Source: Okamejei kenojei
Lineage: Eukaryota
DNA length: 64,000 nucleotides
Direction of reading: 5' to 3'
NCBI GenBank assembly: GCA_035221665.1
Contig: CM069131.1
Span: 92,070,001-92,134,000 of the forward strand
The stretch's first letter is position 1, and every line of letters starts with the position of its first letter. Under the pieces are notes generated by a model. The model searched no databases and was not told where the DNA came from. It was given only the letters and a program-made list of their open reading frames with translations. A program made the translations under genes and the position numbers. Shown here one piece after another: positions 25,537 through 38,108 of the stretch.

Positions 25537-27660
25537 ATTAACAGATCAATACAATCATGTAAAGGATGTTGATCGCCAGTTACTGGATTTACCAGTAGCT
25601 TTTTATGCTTGGGAATAATCATGTAAGGCTGACTAGCCATTTGTAATACGAGAGGAAACCATGGTTGTGTAGGCCAATCCGGCACTACCAATACTCCTGA
25701 AGTGGAGTATTGCTTGATCTTTTGCAAGCATCTACAGATGAGACAGAATGGAGGAAATGCATAAACAAACATTCCACCCCAATGCAGCGAGAATGCATCC
25801 ACCGCTGCTGCACCAGGATCTGGTTCCCATGAAGCATATCTGGGCAACTGATAGAAACGTAGAAACATAGAAAATAGGTGCAGTAGGCCATTTGGCCCTT
25901 CGAGCCTGTACCACCATTCAATATGATCATGGCTGATCATCCAACTCAGTATCCTGTACCTGCCTTCTCTCCATACCCCCTGATCCCTTTAGCCACAAGG
26001 GCCACATCTAACTCCCTCTTAAATGTAGCCAATGAACTACCTTCTGTGGCAGAGAATTCCAGAGACTCACCACTGATGGTTTAGTCTAGATGCAAAGAAG
26101 TCGATATCTGACATTCCATACTGAGCAATCACTTGATTAAATATGTCCTGATTTAACATCCATTCTATGTTATCATTGAATTGGCGTGACCTAATGTCAG
26201 CTACTGTGTTTAATCTACCTGCTAAATATATTGCTGAAAGCCAGATATTTTGGTCAATGCACCAGCTCCAGATCGGATTAGCCAGTCTATCACAAGACTG
26301 TGACTTGACTCCACCCATGTGGTTTACATATGCCACTGCTGTAGTGTTGTTAATCTGAACCTGCACATGCAAGTCCCTCCTGGCAGAGCAATAAGCTTTA
26401 AGCCCATACCAAGTTCCCAACAGCTCTAAATAATTGATCCCTCTTAATTGAAGAAGGGATGTCTCATCAGTATTCCATCTGCCTCCACAAATGGAAGACA
26501 TATCTGTAGCACCCCAACCCAGCGCACTTACATCAGTCTGTAATATTATGGAAGGTGATTCCACCGAAACCTTCCTAGAAATTTTTGAAACATTTATAAT
26601 CCACCATTGAATGTTGGAAATTGCCACAGCTGACAATTGCATAGGCCTATCAAAATTGCTCACTTGTGTCCTTAGTGCCTGTTCTTTTGTTGGTTGTAAT
26701 TGTTGATAATGCAGAGGTCCATACTGCATAGCTGGAAAAGCAGCCACCAATTTACCAATTAAACTGACTACTTGTCTAATTGAAGGCCATTGTTCTCTAA
26801 TGAGATTAACACAATCCTTAATTAACTGTTGCAATCTGTCCCTAGGCAAAGTTACCAACATGTGATTTGAATTAATGGTAAATCCCAAATAATCAATGAT
26901 TTGAACTGGTGATAATTTGGATTTATCTGGATGAATGACAAACCCTAATTGTTCAAAAGTGAGTTTAACAATTGAAACAGATGACTCAGCTACAGCACGA
27001 GTCTTTCCAACAATTAAAATATCATCTAGGTAGGCCATTACCACATGCTCCTGAGCTCGGGGTAATGCTAGAACAGGTTTTAACAATTTAGTAAATAGTC
27101 TAGGAGCTGAAGTTAACCCATTAGGCAGTGCTTTGAACTGAGTCATCCAGATACATTTCAAATACCTCCTATCATCACTATGAATAGACACTGAATAATA
27201 TGCATCCTTTAAATCAATGCTGGCCCTATAACACCCTTTGGAAACAAGATGTTTGGCCGTGGAAAAAGTTTCCATTTTGAAATGCCTATAGCAAACAAAT
27301 AAGTTCAAACTCGTCAGATCCAAAATAGTTCTACATCCCCCAGTCGTTTTAGACCTAGGAAAAATACTTGACACAAACTGACGACTTTGACAAACTGACT
27401 TCTCAATCACCCCTTTCTTGTGTAATTCATTAATTTCTGCCTGTATGAGCACATTTTCTTCTTCTGAAAATATAAGTTTCCGACTTGGAACATGCCGATT
27501 AGGTGGACACACAGTACAGTAAAATTCAATTTGTACCCCTTCAATACTGTTAAGTATAAATGAATCTGATGTTATCTCCTGCCATATTTGAGAAACAAAT
27601 GTAATCTTCCCCCAATTTGAACATCTATTTTACTTGATTCATTCTCTTTAAGAGGCATTT
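25524..27660 (-). pseudogene. DIRS RT - RNase H - methyltransferase-like ORF, interrupted by CR1
   Basis: IDLKDAYY, LPNGLTSAP, AYLDDIL, TD.S..GWG, INYLEL, DFFASRLNHQ|LPRYASW..DAF..W..YAFPPF. Confidence 0.92.
25853..26071 (-). mobile_element. CR1 3' end inserted in the DIRS MT domain
   Basis: ACTGAT duplicated at 25847-25852 and 26072-26077; removing the insert restores NHQLPRY. Confidence 0.9.
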
Positions 27661-27748
27661 TTCCCACCTGCATACGTCCTTGGCCCCGGCCCTTTGTAGA
27701 AAAAGTTGTCCTTCCCTTCACACCAATGGCAGGCTGCCAGTTTCGATA

Positions 27749-28858
27749 CTACAGACCTGAATGGCTGGTTCCTTCCCCTGCGTCCGAACTGGTACCCCGC
27801 CGGTAAGGGAAATTCCTCTTCCCTTGTTTGCCACCCGGCTTAATGAGGCCCATTGTTTTAGCGTCCTCATGACACTCTTTGACTCGCTTGGCGAGATCTC
27901 CTCCAAATAAAAGATTGGGTGGTTGTACGCTGGGCGGCTTGCGCAAAGAAGCCAGATTGGGATTGATAATTGGCCTTATAGCGCTTCTTCTAATATTATT
28001 GATCTCGAAATAAGCACTACAGAGGAGTCCCAGTGCATCTTGATGGGCTTCTGACATATGCCCTTTATTTACTGTAACGGCAAATGCCGTAAGCCCTGCT
28101 GAAAGTAGTGTTAGTACCTTCTGAAATTTTAATTCTTGAGCTCTGGCTGACATCCCCAACTGTGTTCAGATCAGATGGTTTACCATTGGTACTTTAAGTA
28201 AACCGCAATTGATAGGGGCTTCATATTTTTTAGCCGCCTAATCCATGGCCAATTCCTGCAGTTGGTGAGAGAGCATATATTGTATAGCTGAAGCCAATTC
28301 ATCCCTTAACGGCTCTCCTGCCTCTCTCAGCGCTGCAACTTTTTCTGCAATATTAGGGATAATTTCCAGCTCCACTCCCTTATGGCACTCCTCCACCACT
28401 GTTTCGGCATCAGCAAACTGCACCGGTATAATTTCCTCCTCAAAGGTAGGATATTCTTGCAGCCCTGTTACAGGTGCTACGAGCACAGGCTCTCCACTAG
28501 CCTGGCGTGGGCACCACTCCTCCGCACGGAGTTTGTCCCTGTCAAGCATTTTTTGCAATAAAATCTCGACTTGGGAGAGCCGTGAGCAAACAGTCTCTCC
28601 TTTTGAGGCTACAACCTCCAGGCCCGACTCTGGGTCCACGGGCCTATTTGATTTTCCAGTAGCCTTACGCCCTGCTGGCATGGCTACGCTCACAGGCAGC
28701 GGGTCCGGTGTCGCTAGCTCCATAGCTGGCGTCGGACTTGGTGTGCTAAACGGGCCGCCACTAACAATGCTATCCTGGTCATCGACCCTTTTTGCTGCGG
28801 AGTGCCTCGCCGACACCTTCTTCACTTTCTGTAACATCACTAAACGGAGTATCGACAA
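27749..28858 (-). pseudogene. DIRS ORF1 (gag-like), disrupted
   Basis: Position upstream of RT; homologous to the first DIRS copy; probable ATG at 28835-28837 (MLQKVKKVSAR). Confidence 0.75.
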
Positions 28859-29334
28859 CCACTGCTACAGAAAATGAACACTGAAAAAGTTTGAAAACTT
28901 ACCTTCCTTTTTAAACTTACCGCTTGGAGGAGCTCTGCTGCTCCAACCGGCCGACTACAGCAAAGCGTCTGACGTAATGACGCACCAACGGCTGTACGGG
29001 GTTCTTCACATAGTCACTCATATGACTCCAAAGTAAAATAGTGTGCTTGTTGCACTCAATATCCAAACAAAGTGTATTTGGGACCCAGGTTTAGATTTAG
29101 GTTTGTCATTGTAAAGTGTACTGAGGTACCGTGACAAGCTTTTGTTTACATGCTGTCCAATCAAATCAGAAAATACCATCAGTAAATACAATGAAGACAA
29201 ACACCAGTAATATAGAGCAAAGGGTAAAGGTACTGAATGCAGAAAGCATTTTCCCAGCATTAAAGCACAACAGAGCCAAACTTCAATATCCGCAGGGAGA
29301 GGAGAATCGGACAGTACCTTACCTTAGAGGAAAC

Positions 29335-29578
29335 ACTTTTTCTCACAGAGAGTGGTGAGTCTGTGGAATTCTCTGCCTCAGAGGGTGGTGGTGGCAGGTT
29401 CTCTGGATGCTTTCAAGAGAGAGCTAGATAAGGCTCTTAAAAATTGCGGTCAGGGGATATGGGGAGAAGGCAGGAACGGGGTACTGATTGGGGATGATCA
29501 GCCATGATCACATTGAATGGCGGTGCTGGCTTGAAGGGCCGAATGGCCTACTCCTGCACCTGTTGTCTATTGTCTATT
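29335..29578 (+). mobile_element. CR1 3' end
   Basis: TTTTCTCACAGAGAGTGGTG, (TATTGTC) tail. Confidence 0.85.
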
Positions 29579-29579
29579 A

Positions 29580-29935
29580 GCTTATGGAATGACCATTCAG
29601 ATAATGGAGGGGAAGAAGCTATCCCTGATTATGGTGGTTCACAATTTCAAGCTTCTGTAACTCTTACCTAAGGGATAATGGAGAAGAAGGAATAACTGAC
29701 GTGGGAAAAGTCTTTGATCTTGTTGGCTGCTTTCCTGAAACATTGTCAGTGGTGGGAGTTTGGTTTGTGCAATGGACTGGGCTACATCCACCAACTGTGC
29801 AATTTTTGCAGTGTTGGGCAGAGTTGTTCCCAAACCAAGCTGTTATGCTACCTAACATTATGATTTCTATGGTGCATCCATAGATGTTTGTAAGAGTCAT
29901 TGGACACATGCCACATTTCTTCAGTCTCTTTTTTG
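29580..29935 (-). mobile_element. Rex1/Babar-like LINE fragment
   Basis: TLTNIYGCTIE..ITAWFGN peptide, typical of the Rex1 post-RT domain. Confidence 0.7.
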
Positions 29936-29989
29936 AACAGGGCAGCTGTACAACCCCTTTCATATTATTCATTCATAACATTCACTGAT

Positions 29990-30260
29990 AGGGCGGCAGT
30001 AGAGTTGCTACCTTACAGAGCTTACGGTGCCAGAGACCCCGGTTCGATCCTGACTATGGGTGCTGTCTGTACAGAGTTTGTACGGGAGTTTACTCTGAGA
30101 TCTTTGGTTTCCTCCCATATTCCAAATATGTACAGGGTTGTTGGTTAATTGGCTTGGTATAATTGTAAATTGTTCCTAGTGTGCGGGGATCGCTGATCGG
30201 TGCGGACTCGGTGGGCAGAAGGGCCTGTTTCCACACTGTATCCCTAAACTAAACTAAACA
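29990..30260 (+). mobile_element. V-SINE (HE1-like)
   Basis: B-box GGTTCGATCC, V-domain, (CTAAA)n tail. Confidence 0.85.
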
Positions 30261-30539
30261 TGTACAATATAAGTCTGTTTGTGTCTTGCCAAGTGTATTT
30301 GAAATAAGATTTTGTCCTGGCTTGTCTTGACAAAGAATGTTATTGAATTAGGTGACCACTATACTATCCATAATAGAAATACATAGCAATACTCTCTATT
30401 TGTGTCACTGACTGTGATTAATTTCGACCCAAACATGTCCAAACACATATTTTCTTTCAGATATTTTGATTCCATGCTTTGTGATTTCAACAACATTTCA
30501 GTGACTAGGATCACTGTAATGCAGTGACTAATGACTAGT

Positions 30540-31134
30540 GACTCTCACCAAACATCTACAGATGCGCCATAGAAAACGTTTTATCAGGATGCCTTACAGC
30601 ATGGTTTGGGAACAGCTCCATCCAAGGCCGCAAGAAATTGCAGGGAATTATGGACGCCGCCCAGACCATCACACCAATCAACCTCCCTTCCATTGACTCC
30701 ATTTGCACCTCACGCTGTATCGGCAACGTAACCAGCGGAATCAAGGACAAGTCAGTCGCACCCTGGACACTCCCTCTTCTCCCCTCTTCCATTGGACAAG
30801 AGGTATTAAATTGTGAAAGCGCACCTCCAGATGCAGGGACAGTTTCTTCCCAGCTGTTAAGAGGCAACTGATCCATCCTACAAACAACTAGAGAGCAGTC
30901 CTGAGCTACCATCTACCTCATTGGAAACCCTCGGACTATCTTTATTCAGATTTTACTAGACTTTATCTTGCACTGTACACTATTTATGTTATTCCCTTTA
31001 TCATGTTTCTATACACAGTGGATGGCTCGATTATAATCATGTATTGTCTTTCCGCTGACTAGTTAGTATGCAATAAAAGTTTTTCACTGTACCTCGGTAC
31101 ACGTGACAATAAGCTAAACTAAGCTAAACTAAAC
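30540..31134 (+). mobile_element. Rex1/Babar-like LINE 3' fragment
   Basis: NIYRCAIENVLSGCLTAWFGNSS..AQTIT..LPSIDSI peptide; GTGACAATAA + (CTAAA) tail. Confidence 0.75.
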
Positions 31135-31699
31135 CATTTCCTATTTTAATATTGTTTGATTCCAATTAAGGTACCTCTGGATTAGATTGTCTTCCCTTAG
31201 CTTAATTTACTATGTTGTTTTTGAGTCCATGAGTTCATGGGGAATTAAAAAAAGAGATTTCAGAGCTTCTTATAAAATATTTATTATTGTGTAGCAACTT
31301 ATCAAAATCAATATTCAGTCACAAATCCATAGCACTGGTTTCCATGTTTAGCAATTGGTAACTTCATTAGGTGAACCCAGGTTTAGATTTTAACTTTTAA
31401 TTCGAAGATGTTGACTTCTTTATTCTGTTTGTGTCATTAAAATCAAAATTAGAAGATTTATCTATGATTAATCCATTTAAATTCTAATGGGATATTTACA
31501 CTGTATGTATACTTATCTGGGGCTTTAATATAAGAAAAATTCCCATCACCACCATACATGCTCACATCTTTTATCAGAGGCATTTTGAGGACCCACAGCA
31601 CTTCAACATTTATATAACTATAGAAAATCATAGGGAATTTAAACGTTGGCTGTAATACTTCAGAAATGTCTGACATTATGACATTCAGAAATGTCTGAC

Positions 31700-33866
31700 A
31701 AATGTGTGAATTGCGACACTTTGTTTTATGGGAAGGATGTAGAAGAGAAATGGAGGACATTTAAAGGGGAAATTGTAAGAGTACAGAATCTTTATGTCCC
31801 TGTTAGGTTGAAAGGAAATAGGAAAAATTGGAAAGAACCATGGTTTTCAAGGGAAATTGGACACTTTTTCGAAAAAAGAGAGATATCTACAATAATTATA
31901 GGAGGCATGGAGTAAATGAGGTGCTAGAGGAGTATAAAGAATGTAAAAAGAATCTTAAGAAATAAATTAGGAAGGCTAAAAGAAGATATGAGGTTGCTTT
32001 GGAAAGAAAGGTGAAAGTAAATCTAAAGGGTTTCTACAGCTATATTAATAGCAAAAGGATAACGAAGGGATAAAATTGGACCATTAGAGAGCCAGAATGG
32101 ACAGCTATCTGCAGAGCCAAAATAGATTGGGGAGATATTGAACAATTTCTTTTCTTCTTCGGTATTCACCAAGGAGAAGGATATTGAACTCTGTGAGGTA
32201 AGGGAAAAAAGTAGAGTAGCTATGGAAACTATGAGATTCAAAGAGGAGGAAGTACTGACACTTTTGAAAAATATAAAAGTGGATAAATCTCCAGGTCCTG
32301 ACAGGATATTCCCTAGGACATTGAGGGAAGTTAGTGTAGAAATAGCAGGAGCTATGACAGAAATATTTCAGATGTCATTAGAAACGGGAATAGTGCCGGA
32401 GGATTGGCGTACTGCGCATGTTGTTCCATTGTTTAAAAAGGGTTCAAAGAATAAACCTAGCAATTATAGACCTGTTAGTTTGACATTAGTGGTGGGCAAA
32501 TTAATGGAAAGGATACTTAGAGATAATATATATAAGCATCTGGATAAACAGGGTCTGATCAGGAACAGTCAACATGGATTTGTGCCTGGAAGGTCATGTT
32601 TGACAAACCTTCTTGAATTTTTTGAAGCGGTTACTAGGGAAATTGATGAGGGTAAAACAGTGGATGTTGTCTATATGGATTTCAGTAAGGCCTTTGACAA
32701 GGTTCCCCATGGAAGGTTGGTTAAGAAGGTTCAATCTTTGGGTGTTAATGGCGGAGTAGCAAGATGGATTCAAAAGTGGCTGAAATGGGATATGTCAGAG
32801 AGTAATGGTGGATGGCTTTAAAGTTTGTCAGTTGGAGCGAGCCGGTGACCAGTGGGGTGCCTCAGGGATCTGTGTTGGGTCCACTGTTGTTTGTCATGTA
32901 CATCAATGATCTGGATGATGGGGTGGAAAATTGGATACGTATATGCAGATGATACTAAGATAGGTGGCGTTGTGGATAATGAAGTAGATTTTCAAAGTTG
33001 AGAGAGAGTTGGGCCATTTGGAAAAGTGGGCTGAAAGATGGCAGACGGTGTTTAATGCTGATAAGTGTGAAGTGCTACACCTTGGCAGGACAAATCAAAA
33101 TAGGACGTACATGGTAAATGGTAGGGAATTGAGGAATGCTGTGGAACAGAGAGATCTAGGAATAACTGTGCATAGTTCCCTGAAGGTGGAATCGCATCTA
33201 GATATGAGTGGTAAAGAAAGCCTTTGGTGTGCTGGCCTTTATAAATCAGAGCATTGAATATAGGAGTAGGGAAGTAATGTTAAAACTGTACAAGGCATTG
33301 GTAAGACCAATTCTGGAGTATGGTGTACAATTTTGGTCGCCTAATTATAGGAAGGATGTCAACAAAATAGAGAGAGTACAGAGGAGATTTACTAGAATGT
33401 TGCCTGGGTTCCAGCAACTAAGTTACAGAGAAAGGTTGAACAAGTTAGGTCTTTATTCTTTGGAGCGCAGAAGGTTAAGGGGGGACTTGATTGAGGTCTT
33501 TAAAATGATGAAAGGGATAGACAGAGTTGAGGTGGATAAGCTTTTCCCATTGAGGGTAGGGAAGATTCAAACAAGAGGGCATGACATGAGAATTAAGGGA
33601 CAGAAGTTTAGGGGTAACATGAGGGGGAACTTCTTTACTCAGAGAGTGGTGGCTGTGTGGAATGAGCTTCCAGCAGAAGTGGTGGCGGCAGGATCGATTT
33701 TAACGTTTAAAAGTAAAGTGGATAGGTATATGGACGGGAAGGGAATGGAGGGGTATGGTCTGAGTGCAGCTAGATGGGACAAGGGGAAAACAAATTGTCG
33801 GCACGGACTGGAAGGGCCGAGAGGGCCTGTTTCCGTGCTGTAATTGTTATGTGGTTATATGGTTAT
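31700..33866 (+). mobile_element. CR1/HER1 LINE, 5'-truncated ORF2 with frameshifted RT
   Basis: [61 protein letters not shown]; (TTATATGG) tail. Confidence 0.93.
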
Positions 33867-33956
33867 TAGAAAAAAGTTCCCTCTGTTCATTGAAGCTTTG
33901 GGGAATTGGTCATGGATGAGAAAATACCATTTTAGGCCATTGAAGTTTCTCACTGA

Positions 33957-36000
33957 GTGTGCTGCCTCTGTCTATTGCTGACATCCGTGCGGGCAAACCC
34001 GGCCTCCCTCCTCACCATGGTGACCGGAAGTTCTATTTGTACTTACGGAGTCTGCACCATCTCCATCAACTTCGGCCACGGCTGCTTTTCGTGGGAATTT
34101 GTCATCGCCGACATTTCCCAGCCGCTGCTGGGCGCCAATTTCCTTTGAGCACATTCACTCCTCGTGGATGTCAAGTGGCATTGCCTGGTGCACTCCATCA
34201 TGCTGGAGCATGTCTCCGTCCGCGTTGCTGACCTGGTTGCACGCCCTGATGGTCCCGTCATCCGTGGGTGCGACTTTTGCGCACATCCTGGCGGATTTCC
34301 CGGACATCCTCGAACCCCACTTCTGCTCCTCCGCCCCCAAGCACGGGGTGAAGGACCATATTCTGACTACAGGCCCACCCGTGCATAACCGGGCATGTCG
34401 TCTCGCGCCGGACAAGCTCCGTCTAGCTCGGGAGGAGATCCGCCTGTTGTAGCCCATGGGCGTCACCGCTCCACATGGTCTCCAAAGCAATAGGGGGCTG
34501 GCACCCGTGTTGGGATTACTGTCATCTGAATGATGCGACTGTTGCCGACAGATACCCGGTCCCGCACTTTCAGGACTTGTTGAATGCCCATCTGGCCGGA
34601 GCATTGGTGTTCTCCAAGGTGGACCTCGTGCGAGGGTAGAACCAGATTCCAGTTCACCCCAATGATATCCCTAACGCAGCTATTATTACACCGTTTGGGC
34701 TGTTTGCAGATGTTATCTGGGTTGAAGAATGCCGCACAGGCCTACCAGCAGCTTATGGTCTGTGTGTGCCGTGGCCTGGACGTCTACTTGGATGACATAC
34801 TCATGGCCAGCCGCACGCGGCAGGAGCACTGCATCCACCTCTGTCAGCTGTGTCAGCGCCTCAGCGATTACGGGTTGGCTATCAGCTTGTCCAAGTGTCG
34901 TTTTGGGGTGACGCCCATCGACTGCCTCGGCCACCACGTAACTCCACAAGGGGTGGGACCTCTGCCGGCCAGGGTGGACGCTGTCCGCCGGTACCCCCGT
35001 CCGACCACACTGGATCGCCCGGTTCGGGGTGCTGCTGAACATGGGGCCTCAGTTTACGTCGGAACTGTGGTCGGCCATGGCCTGAGTTTTGCTTACACCA
35101 CACTATGGCATATCATCTGCAGATGAATGGCCTGGTGGAGTGATTTCACCGCCAACTCTAGGCTTCCCTGAAGCACGGCTCACTGATCCGGACTGGGTAG
35201 ATGCTCCGCCATGGGTTTTGCTGGGGATCCACACCGCACCCAAAGTGGACTTGGCCTCCTCCTCCGCCGAGTTGGTGTATGGCTCTCCGTTGACGGTGCC
35301 CGGGGAGTTCAGTCTACTGGCACAGGGCCCGATGGAGCAGCCTTCGGATGCCCTGCAACATCTTCGGCAGTCGGTGGGCAAGCTGGCGCCGGTGCACACG
35401 TCACGTCATGGGTCTTTCCGTCCGCACGTTTCCTCTGCTCTGGAGGACTGCCAGTTCGTCTTCCTGTGTCGGGATGCTCATTGGGCACCCCTCCAGTGAC
35501 TGTAACATGGCTCGTCCACTTTCATCCTGGACATGGGGGGTCGGCGCGAGACAGTTTTGGTTGCGCGGCTGAAGCCGGCGCATGTTGACATTGATCGGCC
35601 GGTGATGGTCGCGTGGCCCCGGATGCGAGGGTGCCCTCCATTTAGGGTACCTCCTCCAGTGGCTACTCCATCCCCTGCACCTGTTGGTCGATTGGCGGTT
35701 GCTGTGCAGGGCACAGTGCTTACCCGGCTTGGTCGCCACATGCACCCTCCTGTCTGTTTTGTGCCTCCGGTTCTTGGGGGGGGGGGGTGTGCTGTGGCGG
35801 TCCCTGGATATTAGGCCACTCCTTAGGTCATCCCCCTCGGCTCTTGAGGGACAGGGACTGCAGTCGGCCCACGGGGTATCCTGGTTTCTGTTCGGGGGTT
35901 TATCTGGTGTACTATCATGCTTCATTAAAGAACTTCTGAACCTGCCTGGCCTCTAGCCTTTTCCTGACCTTGACCAGGCTACCAGAGCATCCTGAAATCA
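33957..36000 (+). mobile_element. Degraded Gypsy LTR element: pol remnants, PPT and 3' LTR (about 35788-36000)
   Basis: PLLGANFL, DRYPVP, VYLDDILMAS and WVLLGIHTAPK peptides; poly-G PPT then TGT...CA with ATTAAA. Confidence 0.8.
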
Positions 36001-36089
36001 CTGTCAGATGAAAATATATGTGAAAAGGGGGGGGGGGGGGGGGGGGGGGTGGAGCATGGGGAGAGGTCGGGGAGAATGGTTATATTATT

Positions 36090-36400
36090 AGACTTCAGAG
36101 ATACAGCATGGAAACAGTCCCCTCAGCCCACCAAGTCCACGCCAACAGGTGATCACCCCATATACTAGCACTATCCTACTCACTCGGGTCAATTTACTTT
36201 TTTTTTCACCAAAGCCAATTAGCCCTATGAACGTGTACGTCTTTGTGGTGTGGGAGGGAACTGGAGCACCCGGAGAAAACCCATATGGTCACAGGGGGAA
36301 CATACTAGCTTTGTACAGACAGCACCCGTGGTCAGGATCACCCCGGGTCTCTGGTGCTGCAAAGCAGCAGCTCTACTACTAAGCCATTGTGCCACCACGT
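36090..36400 (-). mobile_element. V-SINE (HE1-like)
   Basis: Antisense V-domain GGAGCACCCGGAGAAAACCCA and tRNA head. Confidence 0.8.
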
Positions 36401-36912
36401 ACTCCAAAACAAACTGACGGGAAATTTTGTGGTTTACCAATCTTTTGGTGGTGAACTTGATTTATTTTGTCTCCATGATGTTGAATGAAGTGTGACCAGT
36501 TTACTGTAAGTGCACCTATAACTTCATAACAGACATAATTAATAAAGAAAATGTCCTGTGCATGTACACGGTGGATGGCTCGATAGTAATCATGTATTGT
36601 CTTTCCGCTGACTGGTTCGCACACTATAAAAAGCTTTTCACTGCACAACACTGACAATAAACTAAACTCAAATTAAACTCAAAATGTGCCTTCCCAGTGA
36701 TTTATAATCTGACTTTACAAATTTACTTGTGATATTAGAGCACTTTGTTTTCTGATACTATTTTCGACAATGTTGAGCAACCCTGAGCCAGATGGCCTTA
36801 TGAGTCTCAATGTGAAGTGGTGAAGCTGCAACAGCTCCCCACTGTCAGGTGCTCGCTTAAAGTGCCTTTTTAAATATTCTCCACTGAGCTGCTTGAGAGA
36901 ATCAACAACTCT

Positions 36913-37400
36913 TAAGGGCCTGTCCCACTAACGCGACTTTTCAGCGACTGTCTTTGACCTTCAAGCTCAAGGGCACTCACCTGAANNNNNNNNNNNNNNN
37001 NNNNNNNNNNNNNNNNNNNNNNNNNNNNNNNNNNNNNNNNNNNNNNNNNNNNNNNNNNNNNNNNNNNNNNNNNNNNNNNNNNNNNNNNNNNNNNNNNNNN
37101 NNNNNNNNNNNNNNNNNNNNCAGGGAAAACGGGCGAGCTCTGTCTGAAATTCACACCCGCGATGAACAAGACGGCTGCCACAGTTAGGGTAAGTCCTTTA
37201 GAGTGTAGGGGGGGGGGGGGGTGGTGGGAGAGAAGGGGGAAGAAGGGGGGAGGTGGGGGAGAAGGAGTGAAGACACTTTTAAGAAGCCAGATTAATAACA
37301 TTACGACCTACTATGACCTACCTCGACTAAACCTATGAGTAAAGAAAATCGATTTTCTCCATGCCAACCTTTTTTACTCTCAGGCATTTTTCAGCTTGAA
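36913..37400. mobile_element. PIF/Harbinger-like MITE fragment spanning the gap
   Basis: TAAGGGCCTGTCCCACT terminus; opposite end not found. Confidence 0.45.
36986..37120. other. Assembly gap (135 N)
   Basis: Run of N. Confidence 1.
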
Positions 37401-37880
37401 CATTCACCACAGTGGAATCAACATTCTTCACTGTGGTGGAAGGCAATAACGTTCAGTCAGCCCTCCTCCTTTGTTCATCCGTGGTCAGGGCCATGAACCC
37501 TCCACAGTCACCACTATGGACAGCCCGATGTACCGGCCCTCTCATTGGAATGCTCAAAACTCCGACATCAGGACGGGCGGACACTCCACGGCTTGGAGGT
37601 CCCGAATCAGTCGCTTCCTACCGGAGACCGTGGCCTCATGATATTATAGGCTGCAGGCTGGCAGTCGGAACTCTTCTCTGGTGATCCCCGGTGAGGGTTC
37701 CCAGACTCCGCGATGGAAGCTTCTCCCGCCCAAGTTGCGGGACTGAAAACGACCCGGAGCGGGGCCTGACATCGCCTGGCGCGGCTTTAACGGCCGATGG
37801 ACTTGTCATCGCCCGCCGGGGGCTCCAACATTAAGTCCCGGAGCAGGGCCTTACATCGCCGGAGCGATGTAAGGCCCGAT
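37400..37880 (-). mobile_element. Unclassified GC-rich non-autonomous retroposon (same family as 57200-57662)
   Basis: CACAGTG..CACTGTGGTGG hairpin shared with 57490-57530 in opposite orientation; internal short repeats. Confidence 0.5.
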
Positions 37881-38071
37881 AGTAATTGTAGATGGTTTAT
37901 ATATACAACCAATAATATAGCTACCTCAGTTAACATCAATCATAACGCCTTCCCCTCCCTGGGTACAGTTCAGTAGAAGAATGTAGCCAGTGCTTGATGA
38001 TGTATGTAATACCCTGTGCTATCATTAAAAGATGTTGCACACTTTAAGAGTTTGTGAATTGCTTATTTACA

Positions 38072-38108
38072 TGGTGTCAGAAGTCGGATTCGAACCCACG
38101 CCTCCATA
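38072..38108 (+). promoter_or_regulatory. Extended PBS: 37 nt complementary to the tRNA-Leu 3' end
   Basis: TGGTGTCAGAAGTCGGATTCGAACCCACGCCTCCATA is the reverse complement of CCA, acceptor stem, T-arm and part of the variable arm of vertebrate tRNA-Leu(CAA) as I recall it, with 1 mismatch. Confidence 0.85.

Larger units (their letters stand above)
24046..29040 (-). mobile_element. Full-length DIRS1-type tyrosine-recombinase retrotransposon
   Basis: ITRs 24121-24155 and about 28977-29012. ICR 24266-24374 is complementary to the right extension 24046-24122 and to the left end 29001-29040. AAAAT at both ends. gag, RT/RH/MT and YR in DIRS order. Confidence 0.95.

Noticed and set aside
38072-38108. 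tRNA-Leu gene on the minus strand
   Set aside because: Only the 3' 37 nt are present, including encoded CCA, directly abutting an LTR. It is a primer-derived copy, not a gene.
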